DNA from: the human T2T-CHM13v2.0 reference genome, Homo sapiens
DNA: 64,000 nt
Strand: one strand, 5' to 3'
NCBI RefSeq assembly: GCF_009914755.1
Contig: NC_060941.1
The translations under genes and the position numbers were made by a program. Shown here one piece after another: positions 1-13,933 of the stretch (position 1 is the first letter of the stretch; each line of letters starts with the position of its first letter). The notes beneath the pieces were generated by a model. That model worked only from the letters and a program-made list of their open reading frames with translations, was not told where the DNA came from and ran no database searches.

Positions 1-529
1 GACATACTTCATTTGGGTAATTTGAAGAAAGCTTAATCAAAATACTGTTTATTTAGTAAGATGTTATAAAGTTCAGGGAAACTACAAGGGCTTGATCGCT
101 ACCCTGGATTATTAACTAATATCCCTAGAATTACATAGACAAGAAGAGGGCACTTTTGCCAGAACCTAGAGGAAAGAATAATGTGGGGAGGGCAGACTTG
201 AAAGCAGGGGTGCCTTTGGTGGAAGGAGTGGAAAGAATAAATATCCAGACCTCATTCTCCTTCCTTCCTCCTGTTTCCTGCCAGCCAGCATGCCTGTTGG
301 CTGAACACAGAAGCAAGAAGACAGGGGATCTGGCGATGTGATCCCTACAAGCCAGGCCCCAGGGCACAGAGTTAAGGCAGAAAGTATGGACAGTGGATCT
401 GGAGGGCCAAGGAAAGTTCTCCAGCAGAAAGGAAGAGCCTCCACTCAAAAATTTCTTGGCTGCTCTTGCACATATACTTCACCAGTGACCACAGTCTTAT
501 AGTATCAGTTTATTATAAAACCATCCTGA

Positions 530-838
530 GGCCAGATGCGATGGAGCACGCCTGTAATCTCAGCACTTTGGGAGGCCAAGGTGGGCAGATCACCTGAGGT
601 CAGGAGTTCGAGACCAGCCTGGCCAACATGGTGAAACCCCGTCTCTACTAAAAATACAAATATCAGCTGGGCGTGGTGGCACGCTCCTATAGTCGCAGTC
701 ACTCAGGAGGTTGAGGCATGAGAATCGCTTGAACCCGGGAGGCAAAGTTGCAGTGAGCTGAGATGGCACCACTGCACTCCAGCCTGGGTGACAGATCGAG
801 ACTCCCTCTCAAACAAAAAACAACAACAACAAAAAAAG
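530..838 (+). repeat. AluS
   Basis: Full dimer with A-rich tail. Confidence 0.9.
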
Positions 839-3800
839 CAGCCTGTATACTTGGAAGTTCTTCCTGTTTTGGCTGTTTATACTTACCTTCTAGTAACTGT
901 TCTGTTTCTTTGGAACCTATTCCTTGTCTGTTTTCTTTCATTTGAAATCCAGTATATTTACTTGGAATCCCCTTTCTGTTCCACCAACCCACACTGAACA
1001 ATTAGATCCTGAAGCCCTACTAACTAAGAGGGTCTTGCTCTTTGTTAGACTCTTAGGCAGTAAAACCATTTTGTGCAGTAGACACATTTCCCCACCACTG
1101 TGTTGCTTGTAAACTTTGAACTTTTCATTAGGGATGAGGACTGGATTTTCTTTAGTTTTCTGAAGTGGAACGTGATGATTCTGAGACTCTATCCAGTCTA
1201 ACAAGTGTTGTGATGAGTTAAAGGCAGCCACCTTGGCCATAGGAATGAAGAGTTGCAACATGTGTTTTGTGTATTTGCTTTCTTGGTGTTATGTACTCAG
1301 CTTTGGGCCACCTTCCTCTTATCTTGAATAGCTGACTTGTCCTGGTACCTCCCACTTTAATCTTTTTGTTTGTTTGTTTGTTTGTTTTTGCCTAGCACCA
1401 GTAAGACAAGAAGAGAATGCTCTAGTATTTAGAATAAAGGGAGCTCAGATTTTGAAATGACAACTACAGAAAGCCTTACTCTAACTTACTGGAGAAATTT
1501 AAAATCAAGGGAATCTGAAATTTGATCCTATGAGGATTGTAACCAGTTGAAAAAAAAAAAAAATCCTGAGAATAGGAAAAAGAAAGCCATCCTCCCAGAC
1601 CATTCTTGTCTTTACCATTCAGAAATGTGTAAGATATTAAGAGTAGAAAGGACTGTCAGCATCTTTGAGTCCATCTCCCTTTCTTTGCAGTTGAGGCTGC
1701 ATATGCAGAAAGAATAATTGCCCACACCATGACAAGTGGTGGAGCTGGAAGGAGAACTTCTTTCTCATGAGCTTATGTTCTATCCATTAGACCAACTAGT
1801 TTCTCATTTTGAACCCAGGACTGATTTTCTAGTATACCTGGCTAACCTATTGTGTTTTCATGTGGGTACGTGAGGCAATTTCAAGGCAGCAACCAAGTCC
1901 TGTACTATTTGCAGACACTGTTTTGTTGGAAAGAAGAGTTGGAAGGACTTTAATATGTTAATGCTTTTCTTAAGGATTATGCTGACAATTTGTCATTTGA
2001 CTGAAGCCTGTATAAGGAAAGAGACTATATGAGCAAGTTAAGTTGAAAAATGTTTAGTTTTAGAGTAGGTGGGGAGAGTATTTACTTTGAGCAGATAGAG
2101 AAATTGGGGTTTCTTGCGCTTTGGGGAATACTGGGATGAAGAAAATATGTTATGGGCTGATAATAGGGATATTGCCATACAGATAGTATTTCCAGAGACA
2201 TTTTAAAGCAAACACATTTCTTCGTGTTTTGGCTCTTTCAAGAGAGATATTCAAGCATTTTTGTGTTTCTTTTTATTGAGTTGCCCTCTCTTGGTCAATG
2301 TGGGATGACTGTAGTTGGAATTGAAAGTGCAGAGGGATCTCCTTCCTTAATTCCTGAGTGCTCTATGGAGGAGTAAGAGCCATCTGGATATCAGAAGAGG
2401 AAGCTCTTAATGAGCTCCTTTTTGTTTTGCTCCAAAGACTTTTGAATTGATTGTTAAATTCACTTTAACTTAGAAGCTTGCCTTTGCTTTTATATGGTAT
2501 AAAAGGAGGCAATTCCGGGGTCTCCGTGATGGACATATGCACCAGCAGCTGTTGTTCTGTATTTTGACTTGCTCCCCTGGCTCCCCACATCCACAGCCCT
2601 GCAAGTGCCTGCTATGGGGAACTCTGACCTATCCCTTTTGTCCATGGTGCTTGATCTTGGCTTGGCTTCCAGGTGGCTTGGCCCTCCTCTGAGACAGACA
2701 TCAATTGCAAAGATGAGAGTGGGCTGGCTTTTGAAGACGTTTTTCACATTCTGGTTTGCAGACCTGTTGAGATGTGCTACTCCTTTCATGTTTCCATTCC
2801 ATCTGTCTCTTGAAAGGGCAAAGGGAGTGTCTTCATGTGACTGAGGGCTGTTGATGTTGGCTTCAAATTCATTTCAAATTAATTTCTACATTTTTGTCAT
2901 AGGTATCAGCCATTGCATTCCCTTGATCTTGACATTGTTCTAGCAAGGCTGCCAGTGAGCAACAAGAAGACCAATTTCTGTACACTCTTTAAAGCAAGAA
3001 CAAAGGAAAAGTTCTCATTCATTACGGGGGTTATATTAAATGCCATTCTTAATTCTTTGTAGAAGATTGGATCCTGGATAATAGCATATTACAGGATTGT
3101 ATTCGTTATCTAGTTGAGCTTCTAGTGACACCCTGTCAAGCACCCATAATTCGTTTATTTACTACCGACTACCTCTGTATGCCAGACACTGTGGGGTTTC
3201 AATGGCACCATTGCCAATTCTTACAACAACCTTACAAGATAGCTGTTCTCCTTGTATTATAGATGGAAAAAAACCAAAAAAAAACAAAACAACAACAACA
3301 AAAAAACCTCAGGCTAAATTTTAGCCACATTTCCCCAACTTCCATAGCAGGCATATATATGGGAGATGCCTTTGGCACCTGAGTCCAAAGTTTTCTCTTT
3401 GCATTACACCAGGGGTATATAAAGGAACCAAATCTAGCCTGCCACCTATATCTGTTTTATTAGAACATGGCCACACCCAGTTATTTATATATTTTCCAGG
3501 GTTGCTTTTACACTACAGTGGCAGAGTTGAGCAGTTGCAGCAAAGACTAGATGGCCCACAAAGCAGAAAATGTTTACTATCTGGAGCTTTAAGAACAACA
3601 CTGTTGACCCCTACACTATACTGTTGCTGAAGATGGCCCTGTGGTTGGCAAATAGGATGGTTTTTCTGGCCGCATGTTGCAAGTCTAAAATCAGAAAGTC
3701 TATCATCTGTCTGACTCACCTTTTTTTTTCTCTTTATGTCATGTTGTCTTTTCAATATTTTTTGTTATGATTTTTTAGAGGGTAGTGGCTTTTACCTCTG

Positions 3801-4980
3801 AGTCTAAATGCCAGTTAGTAATAGTTTGATTTATTTGTTTAGAGATTTCCTGTCAGCAGTCTTGTAATAGATTGTTTGAGATTCTGAATGGTTTCATGAA
3901 GCATACATACATTTTTCAGCAGGTCTTTCTTTCTTGAGGGGAAAAAGTCAGCCGATGTGATTGTGCAGTGTTTAAGGAAGTTCTGTTGCTTTCATTTTGA
4001 GAGAAGCAGCATCCCTGTGTTTTGCTTGATGTTAATGTACTATTACACAGACAAAACTCTAGCCAAGGTGGGATTGGAAATATTAATATCAGTTTTATGT
4101 ACCTTGGGTTAATCGAAGGTGTGCCTGGAAAAAAAGTCAGTTGTAAGGCAGAAGTTCTTAAATATCAGTGTACATAAGAAACACTTTGGAGTGCTTGTTT
4201 TAAAAAAATGTAGATTTTCAGACACCCAGCCTGAAGATTCTGGATCAGTAAGTCTAATGTAGATGGCTCTGATGCTTATGAGAAAAAAAAAAAAATGGGT
4301 TTGGGAGGTTGAGTCATGGTTTAATGCAGTATTTCTAGGTAGTCCAAATAAGGGTATTCATGATTTGTTTGTTAATCCTGTTTTAGTTTGCCTCAAAATG
4401 TGATATAACTATAAACTTTAAATGTTTAAGTACAACGTAACAGGAAATAAAATAATGCCACTGTAAATGTATTTTAACTACTTCTGCTACTGCTAATAAT
4501 GCAATAACATTTTATGTTTATGCTTTATAGTTATAGAGTTCCTCATTACACACATCTCATTTGATTTTTATGTCAACCCTTGAGGTAGATGTGGCAAGGG
4601 GTATAATTTTCATTTATCAATGAGAAAACTGAGATTTAAAAAACATGTGTTTTTTTTTTTTTTTCCCCAACATGGCACAGCTAATAAGCACTACATTTAG
4701 AATTCCCATACAACACTTCTGGGTTTTAGTCCAGTATTATTTTCAATGTACCATATTATTCTTATGACACCTATTTTGATTTTTAAAGGAAAATATAATC
4801 AGTTTATGACTCACTGCCTTCCAATAGGAAGGATAAGCTGTTTATAGTTAAGTACTTTGGTAGTGCCCCACAGGCTACTTAACGTGGAGGTGACTGTAGG
4901 TATGCGCAGATTGGTGAGTCAGATGTCTTTATAGAATGTTCCAAGTGTGGAAGAAGAAATCTCTCTCCTTTCTTTGACAG

Positions 4981-5114
4981 AAACTCTATAAAACAGGTCG
5001 GGAGATGCAGGAGAGGATCATGGACCTGCTTGTGGTGGTGGAGAACGAAGATGTAACTGTTGAGCTAATTCAGGTGAATGAGGATTTGAATAATGCTATC
5101 CTTGGATATGAGAG
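4981..5114 (+). CDS. TOM1L1: TOM1L1 coding exon, GAT-domain region (KLYKTGREMQERIMDLLVVVENEDVTVELIQVNEDLNNAILGYER)
   Basis: Acceptor tctttgacag and donor gtgagc; 134 nt open frame; recognisable TOM1-family GAT helix; phases chain with all downstream exons. Confidence 0.96.
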
Positions 5115-5330
5115 GTGAGCAGATCATGTACCCTCTTTACCCCTCTTCCATTTCTACTTTCACCACCAATTACTCAGCATTCTTATCAGAGTGCCTACAA
5201 GTGACCCCTCTTTCTAGATTCTCCATTCTCAATAGGAAAGGTATTGGCATGTGGGGTGGGACAGTTTTCCCTTGTACAGCTCCTACTCAGTAAATGCTAG
5301 AGGTCTTTCTCCTAGTTAAAGTGACATTTC

Positions 5331-5970
5331 AGCCCAGCATGGTGGCTCCCAGCTATAATCTCAGCACTTTTGGAGGCCGAGGCAGGAGGATCACTTGAGC
5401 CCAGGAATTCCAGACCAGCCCTGACAACATAGTAAGACCCTGTCTCTACAAAAAATAAAAAATAAGGCCGGACACGGTGGCTCACACCTGTATCCCCAGC
5501 CCTTTGGGAGGCCAAGGTGGGCAGATCATTTGAGGTCAGGAGTTCGAAACCAGCCTAACCAACATAGTGAAACCCCATCTCTACTAAAAATACAAAATAA
5601 TTAGCTGGGCATGGTCGCGCATGCCTGTAGACCCAACTACTCAGGAGGCTGAGGCAGGATAATTGCTTGAACCTGGGAGGTGGAGGTTGTGGTGAGCCGA
5701 GATCATGCCACTGCACTTCAGCCTTGGCAATAGAGTGAGACTCTGTCTCAAGAATATAAATAAATAAAATAAATAAATAAAAAATAAAAAAAATTAGCTG
5801 GGTGTGGTGGTCCTAGTAGGTGCTTATAGCCTAGCTACTAGAGAGGCTGAGGTGGGAGGATAGCTTGAGACCAGGAATTTGAGGCTGTGGTGAGCTATGA
5901 TCGCATCACTGCACTCCAGCCTGGGTGATGGAGTGAAATCCCACCTCTAAAAGAAATAATAATAAAATGA
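5331..5970 (+). repeat. AluJ with an AluS (5466-5790) nested in its A-rich linker
   Basis: Left arm, full second Alu, then right arm. Confidence 0.85.
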
Positions 5971-6590
5971 CATGTTAAGACACCCTTAGGGGCAGTGTTT
6001 CTGTTGAGAATTACTGGGAATCTCTACTTGCACAGTGACCGTATTTCTAATCAGCTGATAAAGAATGAGACCAGTATGACATAAGGGAAAGAGGTGAACA
6101 GGCCTGGATTCAAATCTAGCTGATGATTTTGGATAAGTTGCATAACTTTTCTAAGATTTAAGTTTTTTTCTTTCTTATTTTTTTGATGTATTAAATAGGA
6201 TAATAATACCTTTTTAGAGGGTTGGGCTTTTTTTGAGGATTAAATGAGATAATACATATGAAAACACCTAGCAGAGTGCTAGCACATTGACATCCATTAA
6301 ATAGTAATTTCTTCTCTTCCTCTGCACCGGTGTCCCATTTAACCTTTACATTTATTGACTAGGTTTTTCTTCCCACTTATCATGAGTGAATTAAGAGAAA
6401 CCATGAAATAAAGCCAGTATTTATGGGCCAAGAATGGTGGTGCACACCTGTAATCCCAGCACCTTGGGAGGCTGAGGTGGGCGGATTACTTGAGCTCAGG
6501 AAGTTTGAGACCAGCCTGGGCAACATGGTGAAACCCCATCTCTATCAAAAAATTACAAAAATTAGCCAGGCATGGTGACACACGCCTTTA

Positions 6591-7448
<858 letters not shown>

Positions 7449-7449
7449 A

Positions 7450-7647
<198 letters not shown>

Positions 7648-7979
7648 TAGCACTGAAGAAACTCACAATTGTTACTCTTGTTTTCTGTGGAACAAATTTT
7701 TATAAGCAAAAAAATATCCAAGGAAAACCACATTGTTTTCAGTAGAGTGCTGCCTTCTGGCTTTCATTTTGGAGAATTCTATTGCAAACCATGAGACCAT
7801 TGCCTAAAGGCTTCCTTCAAGGGGGAACTTGTGTTTATTTGGTCTAGCTCTCAGGAGATTGGATTACTTCTGTGAACAGCTTGTTCTGACTGGGCTTTGA
7901 ACCCTGTGTACCAGAACAACTGTGAAACACTTACATCCTAAGATTCAGAGAGAAACTCTTGCCTCTAGAAAGATACTAG

Positions 7980-9490
<1,511 letters not shown>

Positions 9491-9599
9491 CTCATTACAT
9501 CCAGGGAATAGTTGTGCAAATAAAGAAATTGAAATTTGTCACTCAGGGCTTGATCTAGGAAGGTTGTTCATACCCAGCACATAACTGACTAGAATATAA

Positions 9600-9932
<333 letters not shown>

Positions 9933-9989
9933 TAGGTGGAATTTAAAACACATATTTTTGAAAAATCATTCAACTGTGTGTGCAGATTC

Positions 9990-10347
9990 TGTCACGCGTG
10001 AAGAGACCACCAAAGAGGCTTTGTGTGAGCAATAAAGCTGTTTATTTCACCTGGGTGCAGGGGGGCTGAGTCCAAAAAATGAGTCAGCAAAGGGAGTTAG
10101 GGGTGGGGCAGTTTTATAGGATTTGGGTAGGTAGCGAAAAATTATAGTCAAAGGGGGTTGTTCTCTGGAGGGCAGGGGCAGGAGTCACAAAGTGTTCAGT
10201 GGGGGAGCTTCTGAGCCAGGAGAAGGAATTTCACAAGGTAATGTCATCAGTTAAGGCAGGAATTGGCCATTTTCACTTCTTTTGTGATTCTTCAGTTGGT
10301 TCAGGCCATCTGGATGTATACCTGCAGGCTTGGGCTCAGAGGCCTGA
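9990..10347 (-). mobile_element. Solo LTR7 (HERV-H; LTR7B/C-like)
   Basis: Minus strand TCAGGCCTCTGAGCCCAAGCCTGCAGGTATACATCCAGATGGCC...GGTGGTCTCTTCACGCGTGACA; TSD GATTC. Confidence 0.88.
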
Positions 10348-10585
10348 TTCAGTATAAACTCTTACACTTTAAAGTGTTTAGGATCCTGAAGTCAAATTGT
10401 CATAACAGTAATACTATATGTTTCTAAAGCAAATCTCAGTTTACAAAGCATTTCCACGTTCATCCACCTGTGCTATCTAGTTTTGCCCCTGAAAATAACT
10501 TTCTGAGCAAATAGTTCAAATGTTATTCCCTCTTAGCAGCTGGGGCACCAAGGTTCAGGAAGTCATACCCTTAGTCATATAGCTA

Positions 10586-11047
<462 letters not shown>

Positions 11048-11559
11048 CCACAGTGAAATAGTGAAAATACTTTAAATATATTTGAATATTTTGGAAAATT
11101 ACTTATAATGGCAAAGTAGAAAACAAATAATCACTAATAGAGTGGTTAAAAGTGTGATAGATTCATAAGGTAAAATATAGCCATTAAAAATTGTATTTCA
11201 GCTAGAAAAATTCTCACAGCATACTCAAATTAGGATACAGAATTATGTAAAGTATCCTTTCAACTAAGCTTAAAAATAGATGCACTTATAGATGAAATAC
11301 TGGAATAATGTTAATAGATTTAACAATTTCTGGGTGATGAGTTTTTTTTAAATACTTTTCTATTTTCTCACAGTTTTCTCTGAGGGTATGAATACTCTGT
11401 AAGCTGGAAAAAGGTTATTAAAAGTATTTTACTGATAATTGTGTGAGGATGAGGCTGATTGTCTTCATTCCTAAATATTTGTGTATTAATAATTGTTAGA
11501 TTTTTATAGCATTTTCATATATTTTTTTAAAAACACATGCATTTTGATCATTTAAACAG

Positions 11560-11620
11560 GTTTACTAGAAACCAACAAAGGATTTTGGAGCAAAATAAGA
11601 ACCAGAAGGAAGCCACCAAT
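11560..11620 (+). CDS. TOM1L1: TOM1L1 coding exon (FTRNQQRILEQNKNQKEATN)
   Basis: aaacag|G...AAT|gtaagt; 61 nt, phase 2 to 0. Confidence 0.95.
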
Positions 11621-12020
11621 GTAAGTGATGAGAAATGTTATAAAATAAACAATTGAACATTTTGCCAATTACAGTGAGAAGCAAGGCTTACCTAAAACAA
11701 GTCTTAAAAAGAGGAAGATATGCATTCATAATTTGGAGTGGTTTTAATGGTATAGATTACTTGCCTTAATAACTTAATGTTATTAACGTTAATGTTAAAC
11801 TGTTAATGTAATGTAAAGTTAATGTTATGAAGTTATTAATAAGAAGCAGGAACCTATGTAGGTGGTAAGATGGGATTCATACTAATGTTGCTCGTTGAGT
11901 GGAGAATTCTTCCTTAAAATGCATCCAAATAGGATCCTCCCCTCTACAAAGGAGAAAGTATGGGGAGAAAGCTGTGATAAACTACATGACACTTTTTTTT
12001 TTTTTTTGCTTTGTTTTCAG

Positions 12021-12138
12021 ACTACCAGTGAGCCTTCTGCCCCATCTCAAGATCTCCTCGACCTAAGTCCCAGTCCCCGGATGCCTAGGGCCACTCTGGG
12101 AGAACTCAACACCATGAATAATCAACTTTCAGGCTTAA
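12021..12138 (+). CDS. TOM1L1: TOM1L1 coding exon (TTSEPSAPSQDLLDLSPSPRMPRATLGELNTMNNQLSGL), PSAP motif
   Basis: Long T tract and cag acceptor; weak donor gtaaat; 118 nt; PSAP is a TSG101-UEV-type ligand. Confidence 0.95.
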
Positions 12139-13123
12139 GTAAATAAACACTCAGGTCTTTTCAGACCAGCAGAAGAGCTTGATGTTAAACAGTTCTCCTT
12201 AATTACGTGATTAAATACCACCTAAGAAGGACTGAAGTCAGGTTGAATGTCAGAGCGCTATGTTAGGAGATGTGATTACTTCCCGGCAAATGGTTGAGTC
12301 AAACCCAGTATAGCAATGGGATGTGTCTGGGCGAGGAGGTCCTTGAAACTCATCCTACTCACTTAGAATCTCATGGAATTCACCTGGCCTGCTTTGTAGA
12401 AGTTGTTCAGCCCAATGGCCAATACTTAAAGTCTACTGTGAACCTACACACTATTATCATTGGGTTTTTCTGCTATACCTCAGCATCAGGTAAGGGAGTA
12501 TCTCTCATGCAAGCGGAGAAATTCAGGGATTACAAGGTATGAACTGAGTGGTTGTGAAATGTAGAAGGAAAAACACAGGCTTTAAAGTCAGAGAAGTCCA
12601 AGTTGAAATGCCAGTTCTGCCACCTCTCAGCCACCTAACTTTTGAGAGTCTCACTTTATAAAATGGGAACAATGATTGCCTTAAAGGGTGGTTGTCAAGG
12701 TTAACAAACTAATGTTTATAAAATGCATTGTAGCAAAGCTTACAATGCATTTTATAAACATTTATAAAAGAGTTACCTATCTTACCTGTTATCTTCTGCT
12801 GTCCTTATTCCCAGCAAGGGTTTGGCAAATTACAAAATAAGGATGATGAAAAATGCTGAAATCCAGTTTTGTCAAATTAAAAGCAGTTTGTTTTTCTCAT
12901 ATGTCATCTGCTGTTTCCGGAGTAAAAATATTCAGTATCACTGAATTTGTGGTTTTCTTAGAACTCTACTCAGTTCTAAAATGTTGGCTACTTGTTTATG
13001 TAGGCCAGTGGGATGTGTAGAGTCAGTTACATTGGAGAGTTTTCCTGAGTTTTTAATTGAGAATTTTCAGAGGGGGAGGGAATTATTCCCTTTGGGGTAT
13101 CTCACTTAAGATTATGGCCTGGA

Positions 13124-13428
13124 GGCCAGGCATAGTGGCTCACACCTATAATCCCAGCACTTTGGGAGGCCGAGTCAGGTGGATCACCTGAGGTCAGGAG
13201 TTCGAGACCAGCCTGGCCAACATGGCAAAGCCCTGTCTCTACTAAAAATACAAAAATTAGCCGGGAGTGGTGGTGGGCGCCTATAATCCCAGCTACTCAG
13301 GAGGCTGAGGCAGAAGAATCACTTGAACTCAGGAGGTGGAGGTTGTGGTGAGCCGAGATCGTGCCACTGCACTCCAGTCTGGGTGACAAAGTGAGACTCC
13401 ATCTCAAAAAAAAAAAAAAAAAAAAAAA
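13124..13428 (+). repeat. AluSx-like with TSD aagattatgg(c/a)ctgga
   Basis: Full dimer, poly(A), 16-bp TSD. Confidence 0.9.
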
Positions 13429-13836
13429 GATTATGGACTGGAGCTTGAGGTGAAGGTAGAGCTCAGTATGTACTGTAATTTTTTACTTTTGTGCTAGGCA
13501 GAACAAGATGTAAAATCCTTTGCATTCTGGATCAGCTTGGGATTTTAGAAAATCCAATACAATAATATTTGTTACCCTTACAACAACTTCTTCTCATGGC
13601 AGGGAAATTCTTTCTCTCTCTACCTACCATAAATGATGCTTTTTAATTTCTCTTAGAGCTAGGAAATCTCATGATTTTAGGGTGACAGAAATATCTAAAT
13701 TAATCTCTTTTATTTGGTGGGTTTTTCTTTTTTTTTTCTTTTTCTTTTTTCTTTTTTTTTGTTTTTACTGTAGAAAATCCAGCATAACTGACTGACAAAA
13801 TGTTTTAAAGCCAAACAAGTCCATTTTGTGTTTTAG

Positions 13837-13933
13837 ATTTCAGCCTTCCAAGTTCTGATGTAACAAACAACTTAAAACCCAGTCTTCATCCACAGATGAA
13901 CTTGCTAGCCTTGGAGAATACAGAGATACCCCC
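13837..13933 (+). CDS. TOM1L1: TOM1L1 coding exon ([31 protein letters not shown])
   Basis: ttttag|AT...CC|gtaagt; 97 nt, phase 1 to 2. Confidence 0.94.

Noticed and set aside
505-1001. Many 60-160 aa ORFs with phrases such as [12 protein letters not shown] or [13 protein letters not shown], here and across the window
   Set aside because: Standard Alu translations, not genes
2490-2844. Overlapping 99-aa (-) and 91-aa (+) ORFs in repeat-poor intronic DNA, with an acceptor-like site near 2902
   Set aside because: No recognisable protein family, no poly(A) tail or TSD of a processed pseudogene, and no clear matching donor
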